DNA from: Acidobacteriota bacterium
GTDB taxonomy: Bacteria; Acidobacteriota; UBA6911; RPQK01; JAJDTT01
Length of the DNA: 64,000 nucleotides
Assembly: GCA_965209055.1 (NCBI GenBank)
Contig: OZ242374.1
Coordinates: 4,576,001 to 4,640,000 of the forward strand
Direction of reading: 5' to 3'
The notes under the pieces were generated by a model, which ran no database searches, was not told the origin of the DNA, and saw only the letters and a list, made by a program, of their open reading frames with translations. Shown here piece by piece: positions 10,572-19,305 of the stretch (position 1 is its first letter; every line of letters begins with the position of its first letter). A program made the translations under genes and the position numbers.

Positions 10572-12053
10572 TTGAGATTTCGATTCATACGCCCGTTCCT
10601 CGTCCTGATCCTGATCTCGCTTCCCGCCCTCGAAGGCGGCCGGCACGACCAGACGGTTCACTCCGAAGTCCGGGATGTCGACTCCCGGCTGGAGCTCTTT
10701 GTCGACGACTACCTCATCGACTCTCTCGACGGTCTGGAACTCAAGCTCCACACCCCGCGGCGCGCCGGAAAGGTCATGGTCTTCGACCGGCCCTGGGAGG
10801 GAGTGACCAGTGGAAGCACGGCCGTCGTCTTCCAGGACGGCGACCTCTTCCGCATGTACTACCGGGGCAGCAGTCACGCCGGGTACGTCTTGGAGTCGCT
10901 CCTGGAACCGGGTGAGGAGGTGATCCCCGAACACCCCTACACCGCGTGCTACGCCGAGAGTCGAGATGGGATCCACTGGTCCCGGCCCTCGTTGGGGCTA
11001 TACGAGTACGAAGGATCCAGGGACAACAACATCGTCTGGAGGGGAAAAGGCACGGGGGCCTTTCTTCCCTTCAAGGACTCGAACCCAAACGCCCCCGCGT
11101 CCGAACTCTACAAAGCCGTGGGGCCGGACAGCCGGAAGCTGTACGCCTTCATATCGCCGGATGGGATCCACTGGAAGGAAATGAGAGAGGACCCCATCAT
11201 CACCGACGGTGCATTTGACTCTCCCAATCTGGCCTTCTGGGACGAGGTCCACGGGCGCTACGTTGCGGTCTACCGGGATTTCCAGCTCGGCGTCCGAACC
11301 ATCAAGATCGCCACCTCCACCGACTTCAGGAACTGGACGCCGGGCAAGTTTGGAGATTTCGGGGACGCGCCGGCCGAGCACCTCTACACCAACGCGACCC
11401 GGCCATATTTCCGGGCGCCCCACATCTACTTGGCCTTTCCCCGGCGTTTCCACCCCTGGAAGACACGTGTTCCCTTCGATCAAGCACGCTCCGGCGGTTG
11501 TTCCGACGCCATCTTCATGTCCAGCCGCGACGCGATCCAATGGAACCGCCAATTGGATGCGTTCATTCGTCCGGGGACCGAGATACGCAACTGGTCCCAT
11601 CGCTCCAACACCCCCGCCTGGGGCCTGCTGGCCACGGCGCCGGATGAGATCTCCCTGTTCGTCCAGCGCCACTACACGTTCCCCACCAACTACCTGGAAC
11701 GGATGGTGATCCGGACCGACGGATTCATGTCGGTCCATGCCGGCTCGTCGGAAGGCGAACTGATCACCCGGCCGCTGACCTTCACGGGCGAGAACCTCGT
11801 GTTGAACTTCGCAACCTCGGCGGCGTGGAGCATCCGGCTGGAGATCCAGGACGCCGGGGGACAGCCGCTGGCCGGATTCGCCCTGGAGGAGTCTCCGCTG
11901 ATCTGGGGGGACGAGATCGAGCACACGGTGCGGTGGAAACGGAGTCACGCCCGGGCGGGCACGTCCAAGCCCCTGGCGCGAATCTCGGGGAAACCGGTGC
12001 GCTTGCGTTTCGTGATGAAGGACGCGGACCTCTACTCGATACGGTTCCGCTGA
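10572..12053 (+). CDS. Uncharacterised GH-like beta-propeller protein with C-terminal beta-sandwich (paralog family A)
   Basis: TTG 10572 after GAGGAG (ATG 10545 is an alternative). Signal peptide, LELFVDD, RPWEG, YAESRDGIHW, SPDGIHW, RTDGFMS, C-terminal PVRLRFVMKDADLYSIRF. Confidence 0.75.
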   Translation: MRFRFIRPFLVLILISLPALEGGRHDQTVHSEVRDVDSRLELFVDDYLIDSLDGLELKLHTPRRAGKVMVFDRPWEGVTSGSTAVVFQDGDLFRMYYRGSSHAGYVLESLLEPGEEVIPEHPYTACYAESRDGIHWSRPSLGLYEYEGSRDNNIVWRGKGTGAFLPFKDSNPNAPASELYKAVGPDSRKLYAFISPDGIHWKEMREDPIITDGAFDSPNLAFWDEVHGRYVAVYRDFQLGVRTIKIATSTDFRNWTPGKFGDFGDAPAEHLYTNATRPYFRAPHIYLAFPRRFHPWKTRVPFDQARSGGCSDAIFMSSRDAIQWNRQLDAFIRPGTEIRNWSHRSNTPAWGLLATAPDEISLFVQRHYTFPTNYLERMVIRTDGFMSVHAGSSEGELITRPLTFTGENLVLNFATSAAWSIRLEIQDAGGQPLAGFALEESPLIWGDEIEHTVRWKRSHARAGTSKPLARISGKPVRLRFVMKDADLYSIRFR

Positions 12054-12136
12054 CCGGCCGGAATCAGGATTTCGCCGCTATTTTGAACAGGCGCCGGACT
12101 TCCGTGCCATCTCGGAGGCATCCAGAATCTTCTGAT

Positions 12137-12796
12137 TTGACATTCTTTGGGTCAGGTAGCGGCGGCGACAGGTCTCCGACCCACTCTCACCGCCGAACCA
12201 CATCGAGTGACAACCCGCGCTTCTTCCCCACCCCGGCCGATCTGCGCGCCTGGTTCGTGGAGCACCACGACACCGCCGCCGAGTTGTGGGTCGGCTACTA
12301 CAAGAAGGCCACCGGACTGCCCAGCATCACCTGGCCCGAGTCGGTGGACGAAGCGCTCTGCTTCGGCTGGATCGATGGAATCAGGAAGTCCGTCGACGAC
12401 GAGAGCTACAAGATACGTTTCACCCCGCGCAGGAAGAGCAGCCGCTGGAGCGCCCGCAACCTCGGCCGCATGAAGGACCTGATCGAGGCGGGGCTGGTCA
12501 CCGGAGCGGGGTTGGCCGCCTACCGGGCCCGCGACCCCGAGAACGAGAAGCGTGCGGCGCACGAACAGGGCGAAGTCAGCCTGCCGCCCGCGTATGAGCG
12601 GCAGCTCAGGGCCGTGCCCGCTGCGTGGAAGTACTGGGACGAGGAACGGCCCTGGTACCGCAGGCAGGTCACTTGGTGGGTGGTGAGCGCGAAACGCGAA
12701 GAAACCCGCCTGCGCCGCCTGGCGATTCTGATCGATTCCTGCGCCAGGGGCGACGTGGTCCCGCCGATGCGCGCGGCGGCGCGGAGGAGGAAATAG
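12137..12796 (+). CDS. YdeI/OmpD-associated family protein (start uncertain)
   Basis: FFPTPADLRAWF, LWVGYYKKATG, TWPESVDEALCFGWIDG, RFTPRRKSSRWS, WVVSAKREETRLRRL. No ATG; in-frame TTG 12137 or GTG 12104. Confidence 0.8.
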   Translation: MTFFGSGSGGDRSPTHSHRRTTSSDNPRFFPTPADLRAWFVEHHDTAAELWVGYYKKATGLPSITWPESVDEALCFGWIDGIRKSVDDESYKIRFTPRRKSSRWSARNLGRMKDLIEAGLVTGAGLAAYRARDPENEKRAAHEQGEVSLPPAYERQLRAVPAAWKYWDEERPWYRRQVTWWVVSAKREETRLRRLAILIDSCARGDVVPPMRAAARRRK

Positions 12797-12968
12797 CCGA
12801 CTCTTGCCCGTGCGGATCCGGTCCACGGCTTCTCAGGGGGCGGGCGCTTTCCGGGGCCGGTGCGGGTCGCTTGGAGCCCCCCATCCTCCCGCCAGCCAAC
12901 GCTCCGACGCCACCGCCCTCTGTCGCTCGCGCGCGCTGGTTGAACCCGAAGATGAACCGGGATTTCGG

Positions 12969-14048
12969 CTAGCCGCCCAACCACTCCCGATGGAGGTCCA
13001 GGGCTTCGTCCAGAGCTTCGAAAGGCTTGTAGACGACTCTCATCCGGAAGCTGTAACGACGGCCCTCCTGCGGGTTCGGAACCACCGCCTGATAGTCCCA
13101 TGCGGGGCTGCCGACTCCACCGCCGCCGGCGTTGAAGGCGGGGCGGATCTCCAGCTCGTCCGAAGGGCGGAACAGGTAGGCCAGCAACATGCCGTGGACC
13201 TTGCCGGCCATCAGCGGCTCCACGTAGCGAACCGAGCCGAAACTGTAAAGCAGTCGCCTTCCCTGGCCCCGGAACGCGTCACCGACCGGACCCCGCTCGG
13301 CCTGGATCGCTCCCGATTCATACAGATCCAGGGCGTCGAAGATGCCGTGCCAGGCCGGGGCCTCGAAGCTGGACCGCCGGCCCCAGAGGTAGTAGCCCGG
13401 ATTTCGGGGCGCCTGGATGTAGCTGGCCCAGAACACGCCCAGATACCGGGTCCGTATCTTGTCCAGCCGTGTCGGTGTGAAGGCGTGCTCCACGTCCAGG
13501 AACCACGGTTTTACCAACTTGAACGTGGTCTCCACATGGACTCCCCATCGCTCGCCGGGTTCGATCTGGAGCCAGGCCTCCTGCCCGGAGATCCGCTTCA
13601 GGCTCGATGGTTGAGCCCGGAAGTTCTCCAGGTCGCTCCAGCGGGGTTCGAAGGTGCCCTCGGTCCCGTCGAAGAAGAACTCGCAGTTCAGACCCGAAGC
13701 GACCGGAAGAAAGGGGTGTGGAGAACCTCCGGAACTGAAACGCGCGATCCCGTTGTAGCCATTGTGTCGCCTCTCGAAGGGAACCGCGACGATCAGGCGT
13801 CCCAGTCCGCCGGCCACATGGGCAACCGAAGCCCGGCTGTGTTTCTGTTCCTCGCCGGCCAGTCCGTCGTGGTTGTCCACCACCAGGGCCTCCAGCTCCC
13901 CCGCCCTCAGCGCGAGACGGTGCGGACCCGGCGGTGGTTCGGAGGTCGCCTTCCGCGGGCCGGCGGCGACTGCCGTTACGCCGCCCAACGCGGCCAGTCC
14001 CATCCACTGACGGCGGGAGTAGGATGGATCTCCGGGTTCGTTTCCCAT
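12969..14048 (-). CDS. Hypothetical Tat-exported protein (possible beta-supersandwich / mutarotase-like fold)
   Basis: SRRQWMGLAALGG twin-arginine signal, GGAGG RBS, aromatic-rich beta-type sequence (HNGYNGI, FEPRW, FWASYI, PAWDYQ). Confidence 0.65.
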   Translation of the reverse strand: MGNEPGDPSYSRRQWMGLAALGGVTAVAAGPRKATSEPPPGPHRLALRAGELEALVVDNHDGLAGEEQKHSRASVAHVAGGLGRLIVAVPFERRHNGYNGIARFSSGGSPHPFLPVASGLNCEFFFDGTEGTFEPRWSDLENFRAQPSSLKRISGQEAWLQIEPGERWGVHVETTFKLVKPWFLDVEHAFTPTRLDKIRTRYLGVFWASYIQAPRNPGYYLWGRRSSFEAPAWHGIFDALDLYESGAIQAERGPVGDAFRGQGRRLLYSFGSVRYVEPLMAGKVHGMLLAYLFRPSDELEIRPAFNAGGGGVGSPAWDYQAVVPNPQEGRRYSFRMRVVYKPFEALDEALDLHREWLGG

Positions 14049-14072
14049 CGTCCGCCTCCTATCCGGAACTTC

Positions 14073-14723
14073 TCATCGGGCCGCCACTTCCCTTTCGGAT
14101 TTCGGCGGCTCCATGAAGTCGGACCAGATGCTGTCCAGGCGTTTCTCGAATACGGTGAATGCATTGGCCCGAAAGAGGCGCCAGTCACCCCGGTCCAGTT
14201 CCGAATCCAACTGTCCCGGGGCCCAGCCTGAATGTCCGACGAAGAGGCGGAGCTGGTGGGAACCCCTCTCCTCTTCCAAAAGACGTTCCAGTGTGGTCTT
14301 GTCGCCTCCGAAATAGACGTCCCCCATTACATTGGTCGTCTGCTCCAGAGGTTCCTCGCTCCGGATCAGAAACATGAGCGTATCCATACCCACCGGACCG
14401 CCGTAGTAGAGGCGGGCTTTTCCTCCCGGTTTCTCGAGTTGAGGCAGGACTTCCTCCAGGGAGACGTCGGTCGCCCGGTTGACGATCACACCGAGCGTAC
14501 CGGACGGACCGTGGGCCACGAGCAGGACCACGGTGCGGCGAAACCGGGGGTCGAGCATCCCCTGCTTGGCCACCAGAAACACCCCCTTGCCCGGCTGGAC
14601 CGCCTGAAAGGGAATGCGGGGCCGCGGCTTGGGAATGGACCCGGCTTGGATCCCGACGCTCTGGCAGACCTGGAACAGAATGCCCAAGGCCAAGCAATGC
14701 TTCATGTTCCGGGTGACCCGCAT
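14073..14723 (-). CDS. YqgE/AlgH family protein with an N-terminal signal-like extension
   Basis: FLVA...DPRFRRTVVLLVAH...GTLGVIVNR, LYYGGPV, LRLFVGHSGWAPGQLDSEL..GDW. Confidence 0.85.
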   Translation of the reverse strand: MRVTRNMKHCLALGILFQVCQSVGIQAGSIPKPRPRIPFQAVQPGKGVFLVAKQGMLDPRFRRTVVLLVAHGPSGTLGVIVNRATDVSLEEVLPQLEKPGGKARLYYGGPVGMDTLMFLIRSEEPLEQTTNVMGDVYFGGDKTTLERLLEEERGSHQLRLFVGHSGWAPGQLDSELDRGDWRLFRANAFTVFEKRLDSIWSDFMEPPKSEREVAAR

Positions 14724-14740
14724 GGTTGCCGCCCAGTCTA

Positions 14741-16132
14741 CTACGACGGCGGGACCCGAGAAAGAAGCGATTGCCCGACGAAGGTGCCCTCCGGTTTGAG
14801 CATCAGCCAGAACAGAGCGGCCACCACGTAGACGCCGCAGAACACCCACAAGACGGGGGTCCAGTTATCGCCCGACGGACCCAGGAGCAGCGGGACGACG
14901 ACGGGAAATGTTGACGCTCCCAGGTTTCCGGCCATGTTCATGGTGCCGAAGATGGTCGCCACGTTGTTTCCGCCCATGGCAATGGTCAGCGAATTGACGA
15001 TAGGGCTGACGAAAGCGGCGAAGAAGCCACCGATCCCGATGAGAGAGACGGCAAGCAACGGATTGTGAACCAGACATCCGGACACCGTGAGCAGCACGCC
15101 GACCATGAGGCAGCCCAAGGCCATCCCCTTCCGGGCCATTGCCACGTTCCCGCTCCTGGAGTAGATCCAATCGGAGACGACGCCGCCCAACGGTCCTCCG
15201 AATAGAATCGCGATCAGGGGAACACTCGTCAGCAGTCCCGACTCGGCCACCGAGACACCCCGTGACTCCTGCAGATAGGTGGGAAACCAACTGGCGTAGA
15301 AGATGTACCCGGCGGCCCGGAAGTACTGCTGTCCGCATATGGCCCACATGGCCGGGCTCGCGGCCAGATGTTTCCACGGCGTCTTGACCGGCCGGCTCCG
15401 GTCCGGTTCTTCGTCCGGGTCCCCCTGCGAATCCTGCGCCGCCTTGGTTTCGGACAGTAGCAATTCCAATTCCCCGGGCGTAACGGAGGCGTGGTCCCGC
15501 GGGCGGTCCCGAAACCAGCGATAGAACAGGAGCGCCCAGACTCCCCCGGGGAGCGCGTAGAGGACGAAGAGCCAACGCCAGGTGAAGCCCCACTCCAGGA
15601 GGATCCCGGTCAGGAAGGCGACGAGGATGGCTCCGATCTGCATCCCGGCGCCGAGAGAGCCGCTCGAAACGGCCAACCGGTTCACCGGCATCCATCTCGA
15701 CAGCACGACCGCGGAACAGGGGAAGATGCCCGCCTGGGCCGCGCCGGAGAACATGCGGGGAACCAGCAACCAGAGGTAGGCCGCCAGAATCGCTCCACCC
15801 GGACCGGCCAGCCAGAGAGCCAACGCCGTACCCGCCACCGCCGAAGCCACGGTGCAGACCGACCAGACCACCGAGTAGAAAGGGAGGGTCCGCCGTGCGC
15901 CCCATCGATCTCCGAGCCAGCCGGCAGGCACCTGGAATCCGGCGTAGACCCAGAAGAAGCCGCTCAGGATCCACCCCATCTGCTCCTTGCTCAGACCTAG
16001 GTCGGTCCGGATGGTGCTCTCGGCCACCGAGAGGTAGTTGCGTTGGATGTAGGCGATGGCGGCCGCCACGCAGAGCCAGACCAGGACGGAGTAGCGGACC
16101 CGGCTCCGGGGAGGGGACGGGGTAGCGGTCAG
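14741..16132 (-). CDS. MFS transporter (anion:cation symporter / sugar-acid type), probable CTG start
   Basis: About 12 TM segments, AIAYIQR, GWLGDRWGARR motif A, GTMNMAGNLG. GGAGG RBS 6 nt before CTG 16132, with an in-frame TAG 6 codons upstream. Confidence 0.85.
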   Translation of the reverse strand: MTATPSPPRSRVRYSVLVWLCVAAAIAYIQRNYLSVAESTIRTDLGLSKEQMGWILSGFFWVYAGFQVPAGWLGDRWGARRTLPFYSVVWSVCTVASAVAGTALALWLAGPGGAILAAYLWLLVPRMFSGAAQAGIFPCSAVVLSRWMPVNRLAVSSGSLGAGMQIGAILVAFLTGILLEWGFTWRWLFVLYALPGGVWALLFYRWFRDRPRDHASVTPGELELLLSETKAAQDSQGDPDEEPDRSRPVKTPWKHLAASPAMWAICGQQYFRAAGYIFYASWFPTYLQESRGVSVAESGLLTSVPLIAILFGGPLGGVVSDWIYSRSGNVAMARKGMALGCLMVGVLLTVSGCLVHNPLLAVSLIGIGGFFAAFVSPIVNSLTIAMGGNNVATIFGTMNMAGNLGASTFPVVVPLLLGPSGDNWTPVLWVFCGVYVVAALFWLMLKPEGTFVGQSLLSRVPPS

Positions 16133-16161
16133 GGAGAACCTCCGGAGCTATTGCGAGCGCA

Positions 16162-17841
16162 CTACTGGAGAGATGCGGTCTTGTTCAGGCTGTCCGCCCC
16201 AGACGGCGCGCGCACCTGAAATACCTGGCCGGCGCTGACCTCCTGGTCGCTGATCTTGTCGTGGACCTTCACGTTCAGGTGGTACCGGCCGGGCTTCAGT
16301 TGCCGGATGGGAAGGCTCTTGACCAGGACCATGCGCTGGCCCGAGAAGTACTGGATCGACGCTCCCGTCTCGTCCACTTCTTCCATGAGGACCTTCTTAC
16401 CCTTGGAGATGCGGTAGCTGGCCTCAATGGACGGGACCAGAGTGGCCTGGTCGGCGTTCACGTTGTAGACCTGAAGATAGACGGCCAGGGGCGCCGAGGC
16501 GGCGAATTTGTGATCCAGGACGGGACGCACCTTCACGTTTCCCAGGACGAACATCTCGTCCTTTTCCATGTCCTCCAGTTGCCGAACCAGGTCCGTGAGG
16601 ATCAGGGAACTTGCTTTCAGGTTCTCGCCGCCAAAGGCCGGAGGGACGATGGCCGTCCGGCTGACTCCCACCTTGCCGCTGCGCAGGTCCTTGACCACCA
16701 GGTCCAGGCGGTAACGCAGCTTGCGGTCCAGGACCAGGATCTTCTGGTAGGTGGACCGGCCCTGTTTCCGGTTCTGGGCGGCGTAGGCCTCCGGAAGGTA
16801 GGTCTGCACCAGGTCGTAGTCGAACTCGTCCACGATCTCCCTGGTCATGCTGGTGACAGCGCCGTAGACCCCCACCTTGGCCACGTAACTTTGATTCTTT
16901 TCCAGCTTGTACGACAGTTCGTCGTTGTCGAGTTCCACCGTGACCGGCACCACCACCCGATCGTCGCCCAGCTTGAAGTAGTCGCGCCGGACCCGGAAGG
17001 GGAGCGACTCGTAGCCGATGGAAACATCCACGAGCCCTTTCAGATCGCCGTACTTGATGGGCTTCGGCGCCTTGATCCTGACGTAGCGCTCGTAGCGCTC
17101 GAACACGTCGTCCTGGGCCCGGGTGGCCATGTAAGGGAAGCTGTCCCGCATGCCCGGGGAGAAGAAGGGGCGGTCCTTCTTCTCGGCCAGGCCCATCTCC
17201 TCGGCCAGGGTCAGGCCGCCGCCTGGAAGATAGAGCAGCGCGTCCTTCTCATTGTGGTCCAGGCTGAGCCGGTACTCTCCACTCAGAGAAGCGTCCACGA
17301 ACTCCAGTTCGATCTCCTGTCCCAGACCCTCGATATAGCGGTAGCGCCAGGTTTCGAAGGGATAGGTGGAGGTCACCCCTCCCCCCTCGTGCATGGGCCG
17401 GGCGTAGAAGCCGCCTCCGGCACGGGAAGTGATCTGGTCCGGCGGCCCATGAATGATGTAGACCCGGCCCCGATCGGTCATCCAGCCCGGCTTTCCGCTG
17501 GGAAAGCGCTCGTTGGCATAGGCGATGCGCCGGTAATGCTCTTCCTTGTATTCGTTGATGGCGGTTCTCAGGTCCGGGTCGCGCCGGCGCCAGAACTGCT
17601 CGATGAACTGCTCCTTCTCCTCCATGGTGCCCAGGCCGTTGAACACGGCCAGCTCTTCATCGGTGATGATGTAGACGACATCCTCCTTGAGCCATTTCTT
17701 GTAGTAGTCCTGCTGCTCTTCCTGGAGGACGGCCTTGTCGTCCCGCTTCTTCTCCTTGGCCTGGACCGGGAGCAGAGCCAGAAACAAGGCAAGCAGAACG
17801 AACCTGATCTGCATGGGAGGACTTGCGAAGGTTCCAGACAT
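16162..17841 (-). CDS. GWxTD domain-containing protein (secreted)
   Basis: Signal peptide, YKKWLKEDVVYIIT, FIEQFWRRRDP, EEHYRRIAYANERF, PGWMTDRGRVYI, PFETWRY. Confidence 0.9.
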   Translation of the reverse strand: MSGTFASPPMQIRFVLLALFLALLPVQAKEKKRDDKAVLQEEQQDYYKKWLKEDVVYIITDEELAVFNGLGTMEEKEQFIEQFWRRRDPDLRTAINEYKEEHYRRIAYANERFPSGKPGWMTDRGRVYIIHGPPDQITSRAGGGFYARPMHEGGGVTSTYPFETWRYRYIEGLGQEIELEFVDASLSGEYRLSLDHNEKDALLYLPGGGLTLAEEMGLAEKKDRPFFSPGMRDSFPYMATRAQDDVFERYERYVRIKAPKPIKYGDLKGLVDVSIGYESLPFRVRRDYFKLGDDRVVVPVTVELDNDELSYKLEKNQSYVAKVGVYGAVTSMTREIVDEFDYDLVQTYLPEAYAAQNRKQGRSTYQKILVLDRKLRYRLDLVVKDLRSGKVGVSRTAIVPPAFGGENLKASSLILTDLVRQLEDMEKDEMFVLGNVKVRPVLDHKFAASAPLAVYLQVYNVNADQATLVPSIEASYRISKGKKVLMEEVDETGASIQYFSGQRMVLVKSLPIRQLKPGRYHLNVKVHDKISDQEVSAGQVFQVRAPSGADSLNKTASLQ

Positions 17842-17886
17842 GAGCACCTCGGAGATCCCGACCGGGTTAGACAGCCGACCCCATCC

Positions 17887-17892
17887 ATTATA
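17887..17892 (-). promoter_or_regulatory. Putative sigma70 -10 element of the GWxTD-MFS-YqgE operon
   Basis: Perfect TATAAT about 45 nt upstream of ATG 17841 in GC-rich DNA. No clear -35. Confidence 0.4.
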
Positions 17893-17982
17893 CCCGCTGC
17901 TCCGTTCGGTACAACAAACGGGGCCGTCCGCTGGCGCCGGATCGCCTGGATGACGGCGGGTGGAACGGACCATGGGAGCGGA

Positions 17983-18354
17983 TCAGCGTCCGTCCTTGCG
18001 ATAGAACGGCTGGTAGAGCTGTACCCGCACGCCGCCGGGCATCTTGAAATAGGTCACGAGTCCGAAGCCCTGGTCGGTCACATCGCCGTCAAACTCCACG
18101 CCCCGGTGCGCCAGATCCTCCACGGTGGCCCGGATGTCGTCACAGTAGAAGGAGATGGCGTGGGTCCCGGCCGGACTGCCGTGCTTGCCCGTAGGGTCGG
18201 TGGGATGCACGCCCATGTCCGCCTCCGGCAGGTCGAAGATGAGCCAGCCCCCGCCGGTGTCGGTGTAGGAGTCGAAACCCAGAGTGTCGCGGAGGAATTC
18301 CCGCAACGCTTCCGGCTCCGACGAGTAGAACATGGTATGGACGCCCTTGATCAT
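17983..18354 (-). CDS. VOC (glyoxalase/bleomycin resistance) family protein
   Basis: AAGGAG RBS, MIKGVHTMFYSS..ALREFLRDTLG, ISFYCDDI, GVEF, MPGGVRVQLYQP. Confidence 0.88.
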   Translation of the reverse strand: MIKGVHTMFYSSEPEALREFLRDTLGFDSYTDTGGGWLIFDLPEADMGVHPTDPTGKHGSPAGTHAISFYCDDIRATVEDLAHRGVEFDGDVTDQGFGLVTYFKMPGGVRVQLYQPFYRKDGR

Positions 18355-18542
18355 GGTGTCGCTCCTTGCCCCCAGCGGGAATCGCCCGATCATCATATCA
18401 AGCCCAGACCCTTCAACCTTCGAGATGTCTCTATGCCGGTGGTCGACGTTAATGGATCCGGTAAAAAAGGAATGCGATCTGACAACCGTGTGCTACGCTG
18501 AGGGTGTCATCACGAAGGAGCATGCAATCGAGGTGTGAACCC

Positions 18543-18878
18543 ATGTTGACTCTTCATCCAGAAGAACAAACCTGGCTGGAAAAGTACCGGAAGGCCCTTA
18601 AAGAAAGGCACCGTGGCGCGGTGTTGCGCATGGTCATATACGGCTCCAAGGCACGCGGAGATGCCCACCAGGACAGCGATATCGACGTGCTCATCATCGT
18701 CAAGAACGAAGCGAACGGCCTCAAGCGCCCGCTACGGCGAATCGGTTACGATCTGGCTGCGACCTCTTGGGCAGTGCCCTCGATCATGGCTTACACGCAG
18801 GCCGAGTGGGAACGGCTGGCAACCCTCCAGTCAACATTCAGAGAAGCCGTCGAACGCGACGGGGTCCCCGTCCTGTGA
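18543..18878 (+). CDS. Minimal nucleotidyltransferase (MNT) antitoxin
   Basis: 111 aa with the GSx10DxD motif (YGSKARGDAHQDSDIDV). Overlaps the downstream HEPN start (GTGA). Confidence 0.9.
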   Translation: MLTLHPEEQTWLEKYRKALKERHRGAVLRMVIYGSKARGDAHQDSDIDVLIIVKNEANGLKRPLRRIGYDLAATSWAVPSIMAYTQAEWERLATLQSTFREAVERDGVPVL

Positions 18879-19300
18879 ATCGAGAGTCCTCCATTGGGGA
18901 ATGGCAGCGCGCAGTGCAAGCGCTCGGATCGGCCAAGCTTCTGCTGCAGTCCGATTATCGAGCTGACTCCGTGTCTCGCTCCTATTATGCGATTCTTCAC
19001 GCTGCCAAATCTGCTCTGTTCGTACACGATATTGCCACATACAGTCATACCGCAGTGAGGAGCATGTTCGGCCTTCACCTTGTACGCACCGGTGAGATCG
19101 AACGAGAATGGGCAAGGGATCTTGCCGAGAGCTCGGATGATCGACTGATGGCGGATTAAAGTCTGCATACGCACTTCTCTCGAGACGAAACCAAACACGA
19201 GTATGAGCGAGCGAAAGCGTTCCTTGAACGGATACACAGGTACTTGACCGAGCGCGGATTGACCCGTCGGGAACTCGATTCGGAGCATGGCGGAGGTTAA
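18875..19300 (+). pseudogene. HEPN domain toxin with an internal nonsense codon (TAA 19157-19159)
   Basis: SVSRSYYAILHAAKSAL, SHTAVRSMFG, RLMAD*. The frame stays open and HEPN-like after the stop (SLHTHFSRDETKHEYERAKAFLERIHRYL...) to TAA 19300. Confidence 0.82.
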
Positions 19301-19305
19301 GTAAA

